DNA of 64,000 nt from a virus. Its lineage: Duplodnaviria > Heunggongvirae > Uroviricota > Caudoviricetes > Demerecviridae. Positions 45,858-55,841 of the stretch are shown one piece after another (position 1 is the first letter of the stretch; each line of letters starts with the position of its first letter). The stretch is from positions 7,425 to 71,424 of the IMG/VR virus record IMGVR_UViG_2974599810_000001; one strand, given 5' to 3'. The position numbers and the translations under genes are program-made. The notes under the pieces are model-generated. The model was not told the origin of the DNA. It did no database searches and saw only the letters and a program-made list of their open reading frames with translations.

Positions 45858-47732
45858 ATGAATCGCAATGAAGAACTAAAGTATAAAGAAATGCAGGCGT
45901 TAATTAGAAACTGCAAAGAGATTATCGAAGGGTCAGCAGATGAAGAGCTGCTGTTTAATAATGCCAATAAACCCTCAGAACGTTTCCCTACACAAAGGGA
46001 TATGCTTGCAGGTGAATTGAGTAAGTATCTGATTCTAGAAGAAATGCCAATTCAGATTCGAAATGCTCACATGATTGGGGATATTCATTTCCATGATGCT
46101 GATTATGCTGCATTAGGCATGACTAACTGTTGTCTGGTAGCTCTGGAAGATATGTTGAAGAATGGTATGAAGGTTGGTAATGCTGAAATTAGCACTCCAA
46201 ACTCTATCACTACTGCGGCGGCTATTACTGCTCAGATTATCACTCAGGTTAGCTCCCATCAGTATGGTGGTACTTCTGTAGATCGCCTTGATGAAGTATT
46301 AGCCCCTTATGTTCGTAAATCCTATGACAAAAATCATGCGTTTGCAAAACGTTGGACTAAGGATGAAGCCAAAGCATCCGTAATGGCTACGGAGATGACT
46401 GAAAAAGAAGTCTATGATGCCTGTCAAGGTCTGGAGTATGAAATCAATACGATGTTCAACTCTAATGGTCAGAGTCCATTTATTACCTTTGGTTTTGGTC
46501 TAGGAACTTCTTGGGAAGCACGTCTAGTACAGAAAGCAATACTGAAAGTACGCATGGATGGTTTAGGTATCAATAAACGTACAGCTATCTTCCCGAAACT
46601 GGTATTTGTACTTCGTGATGGTGTTAACATGAAACCGGGAGATGTTAATTATGACATCAAGAAGTTAGCTATGAAATGTACTGCTGAACGTATGTATCCA
46701 GATTATATCAGCTATGACAAGGTTGTAGAAGTTACTGGAGACTACAAAGTTTCTATGGGCTGCCGTTCATTCCTAGCTGCTACAGAAGATGGTGAAACTG
46801 CCGGTCGTAATAACTTAGGTGTTGTTTCTGTAAACTTGCCTAGAATTGCTATCGAAGCTGAAGGAAATATTGACCTATTCTTTGATTTGCTTGAGCTACG
46901 TGTAGATACAGCGTTAAAAGCGTTGGAGTGGAGAGTTGATCGCTTAAAATACATTCAAGCCAAAGCCGCACCCATCCTCTATATGTCAGGAGCCTTTGGG
47001 TTACGCTTGGGGCCTGAGGAATATGTATTCGATCATTTCTATAACCGTGCTTCTGTATCTCTAGGGTATATTGGCTGCCATGAAATGCTACAGTTCATGT
47101 TTGGCAAAGATGTAGATACAATGTCCGAGACCTGCATCAAGTTTGTTCAGCGTGTATTGCAGTACATGCGGGATAGGGTCGATCAGAAGAAGGAAGAAAC
47201 TAAATTAGGTTATAGCCTGTATGCTACACCATCAGAATCCCTATGTGACCGTTTTTGTCGTCTAGACCGTGAATATTTCCCGGAGCATGAAGATATTCTG
47301 TCCAAAGGATACTACACTAACTCTCACCACCTTGATGTGGAACGTAAAGTTGCTCCTAACGTGAAATTTGATTATGAGTCTAACTTTACTCCGATTGCTT
47401 CTGGTGGGTGCATTTCCTATGTAGAACTACCGGATATGAAACGATTCCCAGATGCACTGGAATGGGTTATTAATTATGCTGCTAGTAAGGTTCATTACTT
47501 CGGTATTAATACTCCAGTGGATTCTTGTGGTAAATGTGGATTCTTAGGTGAAACAATAGCATCCGAAGATGGATTTAAGTGCCCTATCTGTGGTAATCAT
47601 GACCCCGAAACTCTTGAAGTAACTCGTCGAGTTTGTGGGTATCTTGGAAATCCGGGTGCTCGTCCATTTAACCCCGGCAAACAGCACGAGGTGATGGGCA
47701 GAGTGAAACATCAGGATATTCGAGCTAAATAA
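45858..47732 (+). CDS. nrdD: anaerobic ribonucleoside-triphosphate reductase (class III RNR)
   Basis: C-terminal zinc ribbon CGKCGF..CPICG and glycyl-radical motif RVCGYLGNP; size 624 aa. Confidence 0.9.
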   Translation: MNRNEELKYKEMQALIRNCKEIIEGSADEELLFNNANKPSERFPTQRDMLAGELSKYLILEEMPIQIRNAHMIGDIHFHDADYAALGMTNCCLVALEDMLKNGMKVGNAEISTPNSITTAAAITAQIITQVSSHQYGGTSVDRLDEVLAPYVRKSYDKNHAFAKRWTKDEAKASVMATEMTEKEVYDACQGLEYEINTMFNSNGQSPFITFGFGLGTSWEARLVQKAILKVRMDGLGINKRTAIFPKLVFVLRDGVNMKPGDVNYDIKKLAMKCTAERMYPDYISYDKVVEVTGDYKVSMGCRSFLAATEDGETAGRNNLGVVSVNLPRIAIEAEGNIDLFFDLLELRVDTALKALEWRVDRLKYIQAKAAPILYMSGAFGLRLGPEEYVFDHFYNRASVSLGYIGCHEMLQFMFGKDVDTMSETCIKFVQRVLQYMRDRVDQKKEETKLGYSLYATPSESLCDRFCRLDREYFPEHEDILSKGYYTNSHHLDVERKVAPNVKFDYESNFTPIASGGCISYVELPDMKRFPDALEWVINYAASKVHYFGINTPVDSCGKCGFLGETIASEDGFKCPICGNHDPETLEVTRRVCGYLGNPGARPFNPGKQHEVMGRVKHQDIRAK

Positions 47733-47737
47733 GCTAA

Positions 47738-47775
47738 TCAGCCGGGTTGCTAGTCGACCTGGCTTTTATTTTATT
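47738..47775 (+). terminator. rho-independent terminator after nrdD
   Basis: AGCCGGG..CCTGGCT stem plus TTTATTTTATTT. Confidence 0.6.
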
Positions 47776-47803
47776 TGCTTTCAGCCAAAAATTTATATAT
47801 AAT
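47775..47803 (+). promoter_or_regulatory. conserved early promoter (plus-strand copy: TTGCTT-17-TATAAT + leader TTTATAAATTTGAGAGGAG)
   Basis: Same element family as the minus-strand promoters. Confidence 0.65.
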
Positions 47804-47831
47804 AGATTTATAAATTTGAGAGGAGAAAGCT

Positions 47832-48113
47832 ATGAGCGAATTGCTTCCTAAAGTAGATGTCTCCCATCTTGGAGAGCCTAGTGAAGAACGTAAGGCTCTA
47901 GATTGGTTGGGCGGATTTGATTATCGTCGTGTTGTTGCAACATGGAATGATAAGAAAGTTAAGAAGTTTCGGGTACATTATGTAGGTAAAGACAAGTGGC
48001 TCTGGATTGATTATGAAGAATCGAAGGGGTCTACTAAGGCTGTGAAAATTTATCGTATGTATGGGTATTATTATGCTCACTGTGATAAGAATGAATTTAC
48101 AGTACAGAACTAA
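47832..48113 (+). CDS. hypothetical protein (93 aa)
   Basis: RBS GAGAGGAG upstream. Confidence 0.55.
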   Translation: MSELLPKVDVSHLGEPSEERKALDWLGGFDYRRVVATWNDKKVKKFRVHYVGKDKWLWIDYEESKGSTKAVKIYRMYGYYYAHCDKNEFTVQN

Positions 48114-48122
48114 GGAACAAGA

Positions 48123-48326
48123 ATGAAAAACGTAAAACATCTTAAATATCGCTTAATTTACAACGGACGTATGGAAACAGAAGATCTGGCCCAATTAGCT
48201 ATTAATTCTAATGAGGTTACAGTGCGTGCGCTGGCAATTGAAAAGTTGCGTGCCTCTTATGAAAATCGTGTTATGGAACTAGAGGAGAAACTGTATGGCA
48301 TTCTCGAAGCCGATGCTACCAGATAA
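48123..48326 (+). CDS. hypothetical protein (67 aa)
   Basis: ORF with AAGGAA RBS. Confidence 0.45.
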   Translation: MKNVKHLKYRLIYNGRMETEDLAQLAINSNEVTVRALAIEKLRASYENRVMELEEKLYGILEADATR

Positions 48327-48516
48327 GGGGTTAAACGCCGCTTTGGAAAATGCATTAATGCAGCAGTGGGAAACGGGCTATAAGGATGGTGTTGAATCCT
48401 GTGCTACTATGCTAGAAGTTATTGCTAATACCTTAATGGAGAAAGGCAATAAAGAATTAGCTGAGCTATTAGACAGTATTGGGCAAAACTTCAGAGAACA
48501 GGTGAGAAGTGCGTAG
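48295..48516 (+). CDS. hypothetical protein (73 aa)
   Basis: ORF overlapping its neighbours. Confidence 0.4.
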   Translation: MAFSKPMLPDKGLNAALENALMQQWETGYKDGVESCATMLEVIANTLMEKGNKELAELLDSIGQNFREQVRSA

Positions 48517-49324
48517 ATTAATTATTATTAGTGGTGCAGGTTTGAGTGTTGAAAGTGGTGTACGAGCTTTTCGTACTGATACTGCTAGCGGTAAAGCATT
48601 GTGGGATGATTATGATCTAGAAGAAGTATGTAATATTCATGCCTTTCGTGGTAATTTTTATCATAAAACCCATATGTTTTACAACAAGCGTCGTGAAGAG
48701 CTAAAAACTGTTGAACCCAATCTTGCACATTTGCGTATTGGTGAATGGTATAAACAATATCCAGGTCAAGTAGTAAACTTGACTACCAACGTTGATGACC
48801 TTATTGAGCGTGCTGGCGTTCCACATAGTGACATTCTGCACATTCACGGATATTTAAAAGAGGTTGTTGTAGCTGATAGCTACAATAGTAGCAATAAACG
48901 GATTATTGATGTAGGATACAATTCTATTGACCTAGATGATTATAAATGGGTTAAACCTAATGTAATCTTCTTTGGGGAGCATGCTCCTGCATACGCAGAA
49001 ATGTATAATGTTTTTGATGGTATTACCAGTCAAGATATGATCATTGTGGTTGGTTGCTCTAACCAAGTAATTAACTTCTACTGGGAATTATTTCCTGTTC
49101 TTAATTTGACTGCTGCGAAACTTATGGTTGTTAACTACTATGATAGTGCCCTAGCGGCGGAACCGGGCTATCAAGGTATGACTCGTAGTGAGATGTACCA
49201 GCTAGAAGAACGTGGTATCCCCTACTGGAGTAAAGGTGCGGTAGATGCTTTTAGTGACCCTAATTTTATTGCTCGTGTAGAAGCTCATTTAGAGGGTAGA
49301 CCTTATGTGTCAGGAAATAAGTAA
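48509..49324 (+). CDS. Sir2-family (sirtuin-like) NAD-dependent protein
   Basis: N-terminal IISGAGLSVESGVRAFRTD matches the sirtuin GAGIS.ESGIPTFR Rossmann motif. Confidence 0.7.
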   Translation: MRRLIIISGAGLSVESGVRAFRTDTASGKALWDDYDLEEVCNIHAFRGNFYHKTHMFYNKRREELKTVEPNLAHLRIGEWYKQYPGQVVNLTTNVDDLIERAGVPHSDILHIHGYLKEVVVADSYNSSNKRIIDVGYNSIDLDDYKWVKPNVIFFGEHAPAYAEMYNVFDGITSQDMIIVVGCSNQVINFYWELFPVLNLTAAKLMVVNYYDSALAAEPGYQGMTRSEMYQLEERGIPYWSKGAVDAFSDPNFIARVEAHLEGRPYVSGNK

Positions 49325-49817
49325 TACTCCAATTATTTTTCTAGATATTGATGGGGTGCTCAATTCGAGCATCTCCCACCATCATGCACCTGATAATGAA
49401 AAGATTTTCTTTGGAAGTGACTGGGTTTTCAAACCGCTTCTCAAGGCTTTTCAGGATTTTATTCGTCCTTCTCCGATAATGATTGTTGGAGTATCATCTT
49501 GGTTCTCTGTCAGAAATGAGATGGAGAACGTTCAGATTATGACCGGATTAGGTCTTATCGATCGTTTTCTTGGTACAACGGATTTTACTGGGGGTGGATT
49601 ATCTAGGGGTAATTCTGTTCTTCGCTTCGTTGAAAAGCATAAGCTCAAACATTGGTGTGTGCTTGATGATGCGGGTGCTATGATGTATCAGTATCCAACG
49701 GTTATAGTCAACGGTAGGACTGGGATAAATCTTCAAGATCTAAAAGCTGTTAGCTATATGCTAGAATTTAGCCCAGATCTTGAAATGTGTAAATCCTTAC
49801 AACAATTTAAGGTGTAA
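49305..49817 (+). CDS. HAD-superfamily phosphatase-like protein
   Basis: Motif I FLDIDGVLN at the N-terminus; overlaps the Sir2-like gene by 20 nt. Confidence 0.5.
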   Translation: MCQEISNTPIIFLDIDGVLNSSISHHHAPDNEKIFFGSDWVFKPLLKAFQDFIRPSPIMIVGVSSWFSVRNEMENVQIMTGLGLIDRFLGTTDFTGGGLSRGNSVLRFVEKHKLKHWCVLDDAGAMMYQYPTVIVNGRTGINLQDLKAVSYMLEFSPDLEMCKSLQQFKV

Positions 49818-49819
49818 AT

Positions 49820-50248
49820 ATGTTCAATAATGTATTCTCTAAAGAAGCTAACCCAATTTTGGTTAACTTTTGGCGTACTCTCCCAGCTAGCCTGTATAAT
49901 GAGGCTATTAACTCTTTGAAAATATGGTGTGAGAATAACGAAATCTCCTTTGCTTTTAAAGATGATATTGATGAGGCCCCCTGTATTGGTTTAATTGTTC
50001 AGGTAGAGGAGGGTCTTGAAGAGATTGTCGGCTGGAAAGAGTTAGATGAAATGGGCTTAGTTTTTGCGTTAAACTATAAGCTGTTTATGCCTAACAAACA
50101 CCGTATTGCTATTAATTATAAAACAGGTGAATCTCCCGGTTTTCAGGTTAATGAACGTTACGGTTGGTCTTACTCACCGGAAGAAGTGAATGAGGGTATC
50201 CAAAAACTTCGCCGTTTCGGGTATATGATCCCAGGTTTAACTGCTTAA
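49820..50248 (+). CDS. hypothetical protein, paralog A (142 aa)
   Basis: Shares GL(V/I)xALN(Y/F)xLF(M/H)P and G(Y/I)(M/Y)(I/V)PGL blocks with the next gene. Confidence 0.5.
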   Translation: MFNNVFSKEANPILVNFWRTLPASLYNEAINSLKIWCENNEISFAFKDDIDEAPCIGLIVQVEEGLEEIVGWKELDEMGLVFALNYKLFMPNKHRIAINYKTGESPGFQVNERYGWSYSPEEVNEGIQKLRRFGYMIPGLTA

Positions 50249-50257
50249 GGAGGCAGA

Positions 50258-50650
50258 ATGGAACAAGTATATTGGCGTCAGATTGATCCTAGTTTGGTGA
50301 AACGTGCGGAGAAGCTGCTACAACGTTGGTTGGGGGTAAGACAAGCCTCCTTCACTTTTCCGGAGCAGCAAACGGATGATCCCTGTGTTGGTGTTTTCCT
50401 ATCCGGCTATGCGGGGGAATGGGAATTGGATTGGAATGAATTGTCTGCTATAGGTTTAATTGTTGCCCTAAACTTCTCTTTGTTCCATCCACGTGGTTTG
50501 GCCATATGTCGTGTGCCTGGTGACGGTTGTTCGCCCCATCTTTTACAGGTGAAAGATGACATTTGGGAGTACACTCCAGATATTCTCGCAGAAGCTAAAG
50601 AACAATTAAATCGTGTTGGGATCTATGTTCCGGGATTAAATGATGAATGA
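50258..50650 (+). CDS. hypothetical protein, paralog B (130 aa)
   Basis: Tandem paralog of 49820..50248. Confidence 0.5.
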   Translation: MEQVYWRQIDPSLVKRAEKLLQRWLGVRQASFTFPEQQTDDPCVGVFLSGYAGEWELDWNELSAIGLIVALNFSLFHPRGLAICRVPGDGCSPHLLQVKDDIWEYTPDILAEAKEQLNRVGIYVPGLNDE

Positions 50651-50684
50651 TTTTTATTAGCTGAACTCTGATTACCGAGTCATT

Positions 50685-50712
50685 TTGGCTCGGTTTTATC
50701 CGTACTCAAGAC
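50685..50712 (+). terminator. rho-independent terminator (ACCGAG..CTCGGT + TTTT)
   Basis: Hairpin plus T-run. Confidence 0.55.
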
Positions 50713-50741
50713 CAATGATAGCACCATCCGGAAAATTTTAC

Positions 50742-50770
50742 TTGCAGGATGCCCAAAATCTTGATATAAT
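50742..50770 (+). promoter_or_regulatory. sigma70 promoter (TTGCAG-17-TATAAT) at the head of a 500-nt ORF-free region
   Basis: Hexamers seen; no ORF until 51268. Confidence 0.55.
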
Positions 50771-51267
50771 ATTTATATTGAATTGAGAGACATTAGTAAA
50801 AATTGATTTTGCTAATTTTTCTTGTTTACAATCCGCGATACGGAACAGTTAGGCTGCCCCATTAAGGGTTGTTTTAACTATTACTAGTGTTTATATTGCA
50901 TTAGTTAATCTTCAATTAAGTGATCTGTGTACCCTGAATTCGGAAAGGTAAATCCAAACCGTGCATATTTAGCTCGTTATATAGGCAGAGCTTTATATGG
51001 GGGTGCGAACGAAAAGAGCAGCGAATGGCGGCACGTACAGTAGTCACCTACCAATAGGATAGTGAGGACAAATAGAATCGGCTTAGCGGCCAATGACCTA
51101 GGTTCTATTCTGTATATGAGCGAAGAGAGCACAGCACTGAGATATGATAACTTATTCATATTGTTTGATGATAATTGATGTTTACGTAAATAGTAGTAAT
51201 AGTTGTTCTATTCTTTCTGAATAGTCCTAAAGAAAAGATTTCGATTAATCAACACAGGAGTATTGTT

Positions 51268-54057
51268 GTGTTTTCTATCCTCCAAGGTCACGCCGGGTTT
51301 TCTCGTGATTTAGCAACAGGTATTTGGCGAGAAATCAAAGCGGAAGATTATACCTTTGCCAAACGATTCTCGAAAGAGCATCCAGAAGGTAAACCAGCTT
51401 CTATGCCCTTCAAATTTGATGTAATAGAAGAGCACGACCCACAAAGCCTTGCCGAAATGTTACCACTTATGAGACGTTTAACGTCTGACCCTCATATCGT
51501 TGCGATACGAGGTCGATGTCTTGCACCTAAAAATAATGTGCGACGTAAGAAAGGTAACTTTAATGTATCCAATCCTAGCAATATTATTGCTATGGATGTG
51601 GATGGTATCCTAGATACCGGTGGGTACGACAAGTTTAATCTTGTAGGTATGGCCCGCCACATTATTAAGATGTTGAATAGTATTAGTGAGGACATGTTTC
51701 CTCTTGATGCAGGGTTTATTGCTCATGCATCGTCTTCGGCTGGCCTAAAACCAGGTATCCGAATGCACTTAATGCTAGAATCTAACGTCAAGGTAACTCA
51801 AGGTCAGTTAAAGTTCTTATTTACGTCTATCAATGATAGTAGTAAGCAAAAATTCGGTTTTGATATTGCCGACTTAGCTTATTATTCATCTGTCCAGCTT
51901 CACTATTTTGCCGACCCTTTATTTAGTGATGGTATTGTTGATCCGTTTAAAGCGGAGAGTAAGCCACGTCTGGTATATGTTAAGGGTTCGAAGGTAAATT
52001 TGCCTAATAATCTGGTTGACTATGAAACAACTAGAGGTGAGTTTAAGGAGGAGTTTTACTCTTTACTCGATCAAATTAAAGGCAAAAAGATTGCTTCTGA
52101 TAAAGTAGAAGAAACCATCAGCGAATTGGAAGAAGCTGAGGATGGGGTATACTTGCGTATTATCCCCAAACTATACCATAGAGCTTTGGAGGATGGTGTT
52201 GATTTTGCATGGCTAGAACGTGAAATTAAACCCGCTTTGTCTGAATATATTGCAACTAAAGATAACAGTCGTAATATTCAAGATTACTTTAATAACGGTC
52301 GTAAGCAGGCTCTCAAAGCGTTTGTTAATAATTCTAAACGTGAGATCCCATTAAATCTGAAGGGTGTTCCACTCAAGAAATTAGAAGTGGATTCTCCACC
52401 AGAAGTTCCATACCTGAAGATTAACATTGTGCCCCCAAAAGGCCATATAACATTTGTTAAGGCAAGTCTTGGTACTGGTAAAACTACGGCAGTAACTAAA
52501 TGGCTGGACGCAGGTGTTCTTCCTGGCAACTTTTTAGCAGTTACAAATACTAGAGCGCTGGTATCTTCAAATGCTAAGAAATTTAGCGCAGGACAATATG
52601 ATAAGTCTGTAGATATGCTCAACTTTAAACGTGGAGCTATTGATCGTATGTCTACAACTATTCACTCTTTGCATAAGTTCAAAAGTTTTATTGGTCAAAT
52701 AGACACCATCTTTATTGATGAATGTGACGCTGTAATGAATGATCTATTATTCGCCCCAGTTGTTAAACAACGTCGCGAATGTATTCAAGTTCTACGTGAC
52801 ATCCTCATGACAGCTAAAACTGTAATTCTATCAGATGGTGATATTAGTGCCGAAACTATTGAAGCATATGGTTCTCTAATTGATTTTGATAAACCAGTAG
52901 CATTTTATAATCATCATCGTAAAATGCTGTCAAAAGCTCATGCTTATGAGTTCCCTGATGAATCCAGTATTTGGGTTGCACTTCAGACTTCTCTAGAGAT
53001 GGGTGAGAAATCTATCTTAGTATCTGACTGTGGGCCGGATGAGCTGAATGAGAAGGGCATGGCATTGCGTCGTAATACAGGTGCGTTAGTTAAGGAAATC
53101 CACTCAAATTCTACATCGGATGTAGATATTCGACGTATTCTGGATTACACAACTAATGAGCTAATTGATCAACAAATTGATTGCTTATTATGTAGTCCAT
53201 CAGTAACTAGTGGTGTTGACTTCAACTATTTTGATAACGTATTCGTTATTACTAGAACCAGCAACCAAGCGCCAAACATGCGTTTTCAAGCAATCAGGCG
53301 CGACCGTGGCGCTCAGAACATTTATTATTTTATTGATAAATCTACGAGTGGATTCTCCGCAGGTTCTGAGCAATATAACATTGATGAAGGTTGGCTGGAG
53401 TTAGCACAGCAATTATACGCACGTCGTAGAGAGCTGGAATCTAGGAACTATACTAGTACTTTACGTTATTACTTGCTTGATCAGGGTGCAACTATTGATA
53501 TTTTCAGTGAAAGCTGGGGAACTATCGAAGGTGCTGGGAAGGAATATACGGAAGAGCGAATCAAAGCTATTTTATATTCAACCCCTGATTATTGTGCTCC
53601 ACGCCATGCTGATGCGTATGAAGCTAAACTACTTCTTGTTCGCTATTATCATCTTGAGTCTATTAAAGATGTAACAGTTGAGCATGTTGAACAGTATATT
53701 AAGGATAAACCGAATGATCGAGCTGCATTCTTTCATAAGATGCACGAGATGTTCTGGGAAGATATTAAGAAGTGTTCAAATGTCACTATCAAACCATTCA
53801 TAGAAGCTCTGAAAGGTAAGAAGAAAGATTTCTTCCTTAAAACAGGTCAGAGTGCTAACCCAAAATATGCCAGAATGTATCTTGGTATGATGGGTATTGG
53901 TAAGGATATGAACACGGAGAATATTGTAGACTGGTACAGAACCTATTGTAAAATCGAGTGTATGCCAATCCCGTATAAGTTTATGACTGATGAGGAGAAA
54001 CATATGCATGATGAAGCAATGGCAGAGCTAGGTGCTAGAAATGACAGTGAAGAATAA
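51268..54057 (+). CDS. large SF2 helicase-like protein (929 aa), replication-origin-binding-protein-like
   Basis: GTG start with CAGGAG RBS; Walker A SLGTGKTTAV and Walker B IFIDECDAV in the central region. Confidence 0.6.
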   Translation: MFSILQGHAGFSRDLATGIWREIKAEDYTFAKRFSKEHPEGKPASMPFKFDVIEEHDPQSLAEMLPLMRRLTSDPHIVAIRGRCLAPKNNVRRKKGNFNVSNPSNIIAMDVDGILDTGGYDKFNLVGMARHIIKMLNSISEDMFPLDAGFIAHASSSAGLKPGIRMHLMLESNVKVTQGQLKFLFTSINDSSKQKFGFDIADLAYYSSVQLHYFADPLFSDGIVDPFKAESKPRLVYVKGSKVNLPNNLVDYETTRGEFKEEFYSLLDQIKGKKIASDKVEETISELEEAEDGVYLRIIPKLYHRALEDGVDFAWLEREIKPALSEYIATKDNSRNIQDYFNNGRKQALKAFVNNSKREIPLNLKGVPLKKLEVDSPPEVPYLKINIVPPKGHITFVKASLGTGKTTAVTKWLDAGVLPGNFLAVTNTRALVSSNAKKFSAGQYDKSVDMLNFKRGAIDRMSTTIHSLHKFKSFIGQIDTIFIDECDAVMNDLLFAPVVKQRRECIQVLRDILMTAKTVILSDGDISAETIEAYGSLIDFDKPVAFYNHHRKMLSKAHAYEFPDESSIWVALQTSLEMGEKSILVSDCGPDELNEKGMALRRNTGALVKEIHSNSTSDVDIRRILDYTTNELIDQQIDCLLCSPSVTSGVDFNYFDNVFVITRTSNQAPNMRFQAIRRDRGAQNIYYFIDKSTSGFSAGSEQYNIDEGWLELAQQLYARRRELESRNYTSTLRYYLLDQGATIDIFSESWGTIEGAGKEYTEERIKAILYSTPDYCAPRHADAYEAKLLLVRYYHLESIKDVTVEHVEQYIKDKPNDRAAFFHKMHEMFWEDIKKCSNVTIKPFIEALKGKKKDFFLKTGQSANPKYARMYLGMMGIGKDMNTENIVDWYRTYCKIECMPIPYKFMTDEEKHMHDEAMAELGARNDSEE

Positions 54058-54282
54058 AAAATGGGAAACAAGGAAGTTCCCAGTAAAAGAACGTAAAGTT
54101 CCTGTTTACGACACTTCGGAAAAGCTATGTAGGGTGGTACCGCATAGATTAGCTGGCATCCCTAACATATCCGAGTGGTTACTTAAACAACGGAAAAATA
54201 ACGTGTCTCTTCGCATCGGCTTTGAGTTAGATAAAGTCTATGCTGAACTTGCTTCTTTGCTCAAGGAATCGTAAAAATTTAT

Positions 54283-54311
54283 TTGCATAGTGCAAAAAAT
54301 TTCTGTATAAT
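54283..54311 (+). promoter_or_regulatory. conserved early promoter (plus)
   Basis: TTGCAT-17-TATAAT + leader GATTCATAAATTTGAGAGAGGAG. Confidence 0.6.
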
Positions 54312-54342
54312 AGATTCATAAATTTGAGAGAGGAGTTTAAAT

Positions 54343-55047
54343 ATGGCTGGTTCTCGTAGAAAGAAACATATCCATGAAATCCCGGATGAAGTCTTTAAAA
54401 AGGTTATAGAGCATCTGGAGAACGGGGGTACTAAGAAAGCAGCATGTGAAATGCTAGGCGTATCATCCAATCCAACGATGGAAAGGATGATTGAAGAATG
54501 GCAAGACCGCCAGATTCAAGTTGCCGAAATGAAGAAAAAGAAACGTGGCACACTTATTGAAGGCATCGAGTTAGCTAACGTTATTGAGCAGTATTTATCT
54601 GGTGATTCTTTTGAAGAGATTGCCGATCGTAATTATCGCTCTGTAGCAATGGTTAAATCTGTCTTGGAACGCCATGGTGCTCTACTTCGTTTGAACGATA
54701 TTGTAGATCCATTGAATCCTCCAATTATTCCTGATGATGCTGTAGCAGAAGAATTTGCAGTTGGTGAGCTTGTTTGGGTTCCTGGATACCAGTGTATCGG
54801 TGAAATCAAAAAAGCAATGGATAACCCTGTTGGTTGCTACCGTGTATGGCTCCTATCAGAAGGCAAACAACAGAACGTCCATTATATGAATTACGAGCTG
54901 GCTTCTGTTAAACATCTGGAAAAGTTAGGGGTTGACGTAAAATCTCTAGGGTACAAGTGGACTCGCGAAGAAATTATTACGTTGATTAACGAAGCTGTTA
55001 AGGCTGCCCTGAAACTTGATAAAGAAAAAGGAAAACGCCGTGAGTAA
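54343..55047 (+). CDS. HTH DNA-binding protein (234 aa), putative transcription regulator
   Basis: N-terminal NGGTKKAACEMLGVSSNPT helix-turn-helix-like segment. Confidence 0.5.
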   Translation: MAGSRRKKHIHEIPDEVFKKVIEHLENGGTKKAACEMLGVSSNPTMERMIEEWQDRQIQVAEMKKKKRGTLIEGIELANVIEQYLSGDSFEEIADRNYRSVAMVKSVLERHGALLRLNDIVDPLNPPIIPDDAVAEEFAVGELVWVPGYQCIGEIKKAMDNPVGCYRVWLLSEGKQQNVHYMNYELASVKHLEKLGVDVKSLGYKWTREEIITLINEAVKAALKLDKEKGKRRE

Positions 55048-55291
55048 GCTAACAGATTTGCTTAAAGATGGTGAAACAAAAACCGTGTATCGTAAAAGTT
55101 GGGATAACGATAATAACGGTTTAGTATTATTAACTTTGGATACTGATTCGGATGTAGTTACCCAACATACCTGGGTAGCTGGTAATTATCCCTATAGTGA
55201 GGTTGTTACGTTAACAGTATGCGAAGCTATTGCCGACGATTGGGAGATTGCCAGCATTGATGATATGCTCGCTGTTGGCCTGGTGGAGTAA
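55040..55291 (+). CDS. hypothetical protein (83 aa; GTG start)
   Basis: GTG preceded by AAAAAGGAAAA; the listed TTG start lies inside the upstream gene. Confidence 0.4.
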   Translation: MSKLTDLLKDGETKTVYRKSWDNDNNGLVLLTLDTDSDVVTQHTWVAGNYPYSEVVTLTVCEAIADDWEIASIDDMLAVGLVE

Positions 55292-55308
55292 CTACAGAAA
55301 AATTTCAG

Positions 55309-55337
55309 TTGCTTAATCCTATAATTCTTGATATAAT
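55309..55337 (+). promoter_or_regulatory. conserved early promoter (plus)
   Basis: TTGCTT-17-TATAAT. Confidence 0.6.
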
Positions 55338-55394
55338 ATTCTCATAGTTTGAAAGAACTATTCTGTTTAATTCTTAATTAAGGAAATATAAAAT

Positions 55395-55805
55395 ATGACT
55401 ACTCCAACTCAGTGGACTGATGAACTGTTCGAAAAAATGTCTTCCGAATACGTTGCTCGTATGGAGCAATTCCCAGAGGATGAACGTCCGGGTGTTAGCA
55501 TGGAAATTGTTAGCGAAATTGCCCAGGAAAATGGTGTAACTCCGAACGGTTTTCGTATGAAGCTAACTAAAGCAGGTGTGTATATTAAGAAAGCTGCTGG
55601 CTCCGCTGCTAAATCTAGCGCATCTACTGGAGAAAAAGCTTCCGGTGGTTCTCGTACCTCCAAAGCCCAAGCTCATGCCGATCTTCGTTCAGCATTCTCT
55701 GATGCTGGCTTAGCACCAGATTTTCTGGATGATGCAATTATCGACAAACTGACCGGTAAAGCAGCCGCTCATCTGGCAGAAGCAATCCGAGCTATCACTA
55801 AGTAA
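55395..55805 (+). CDS. DNA-binding-like protein (136 aa) with one copy of the HTH-like repeat found fourfold in 58701..59468
   Basis: SMEIVSEIAQENGVTPNGFRMKLTKAGV resembles the repeats of the 255-aa protein; host-optimal codon usage. Confidence 0.5.
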   Translation: MTTPTQWTDELFEKMSSEYVARMEQFPEDERPGVSMEIVSEIAQENGVTPNGFRMKLTKAGVYIKKAAGSAAKSSASTGEKASGGSRTSKAQAHADLRSAFSDAGLAPDFLDDAIIDKLTGKAAAHLAEAIRAITK

Positions 55806-55841
55806 TTTTTAGATAAATCCACCAACAAAAGGAACACAGTT

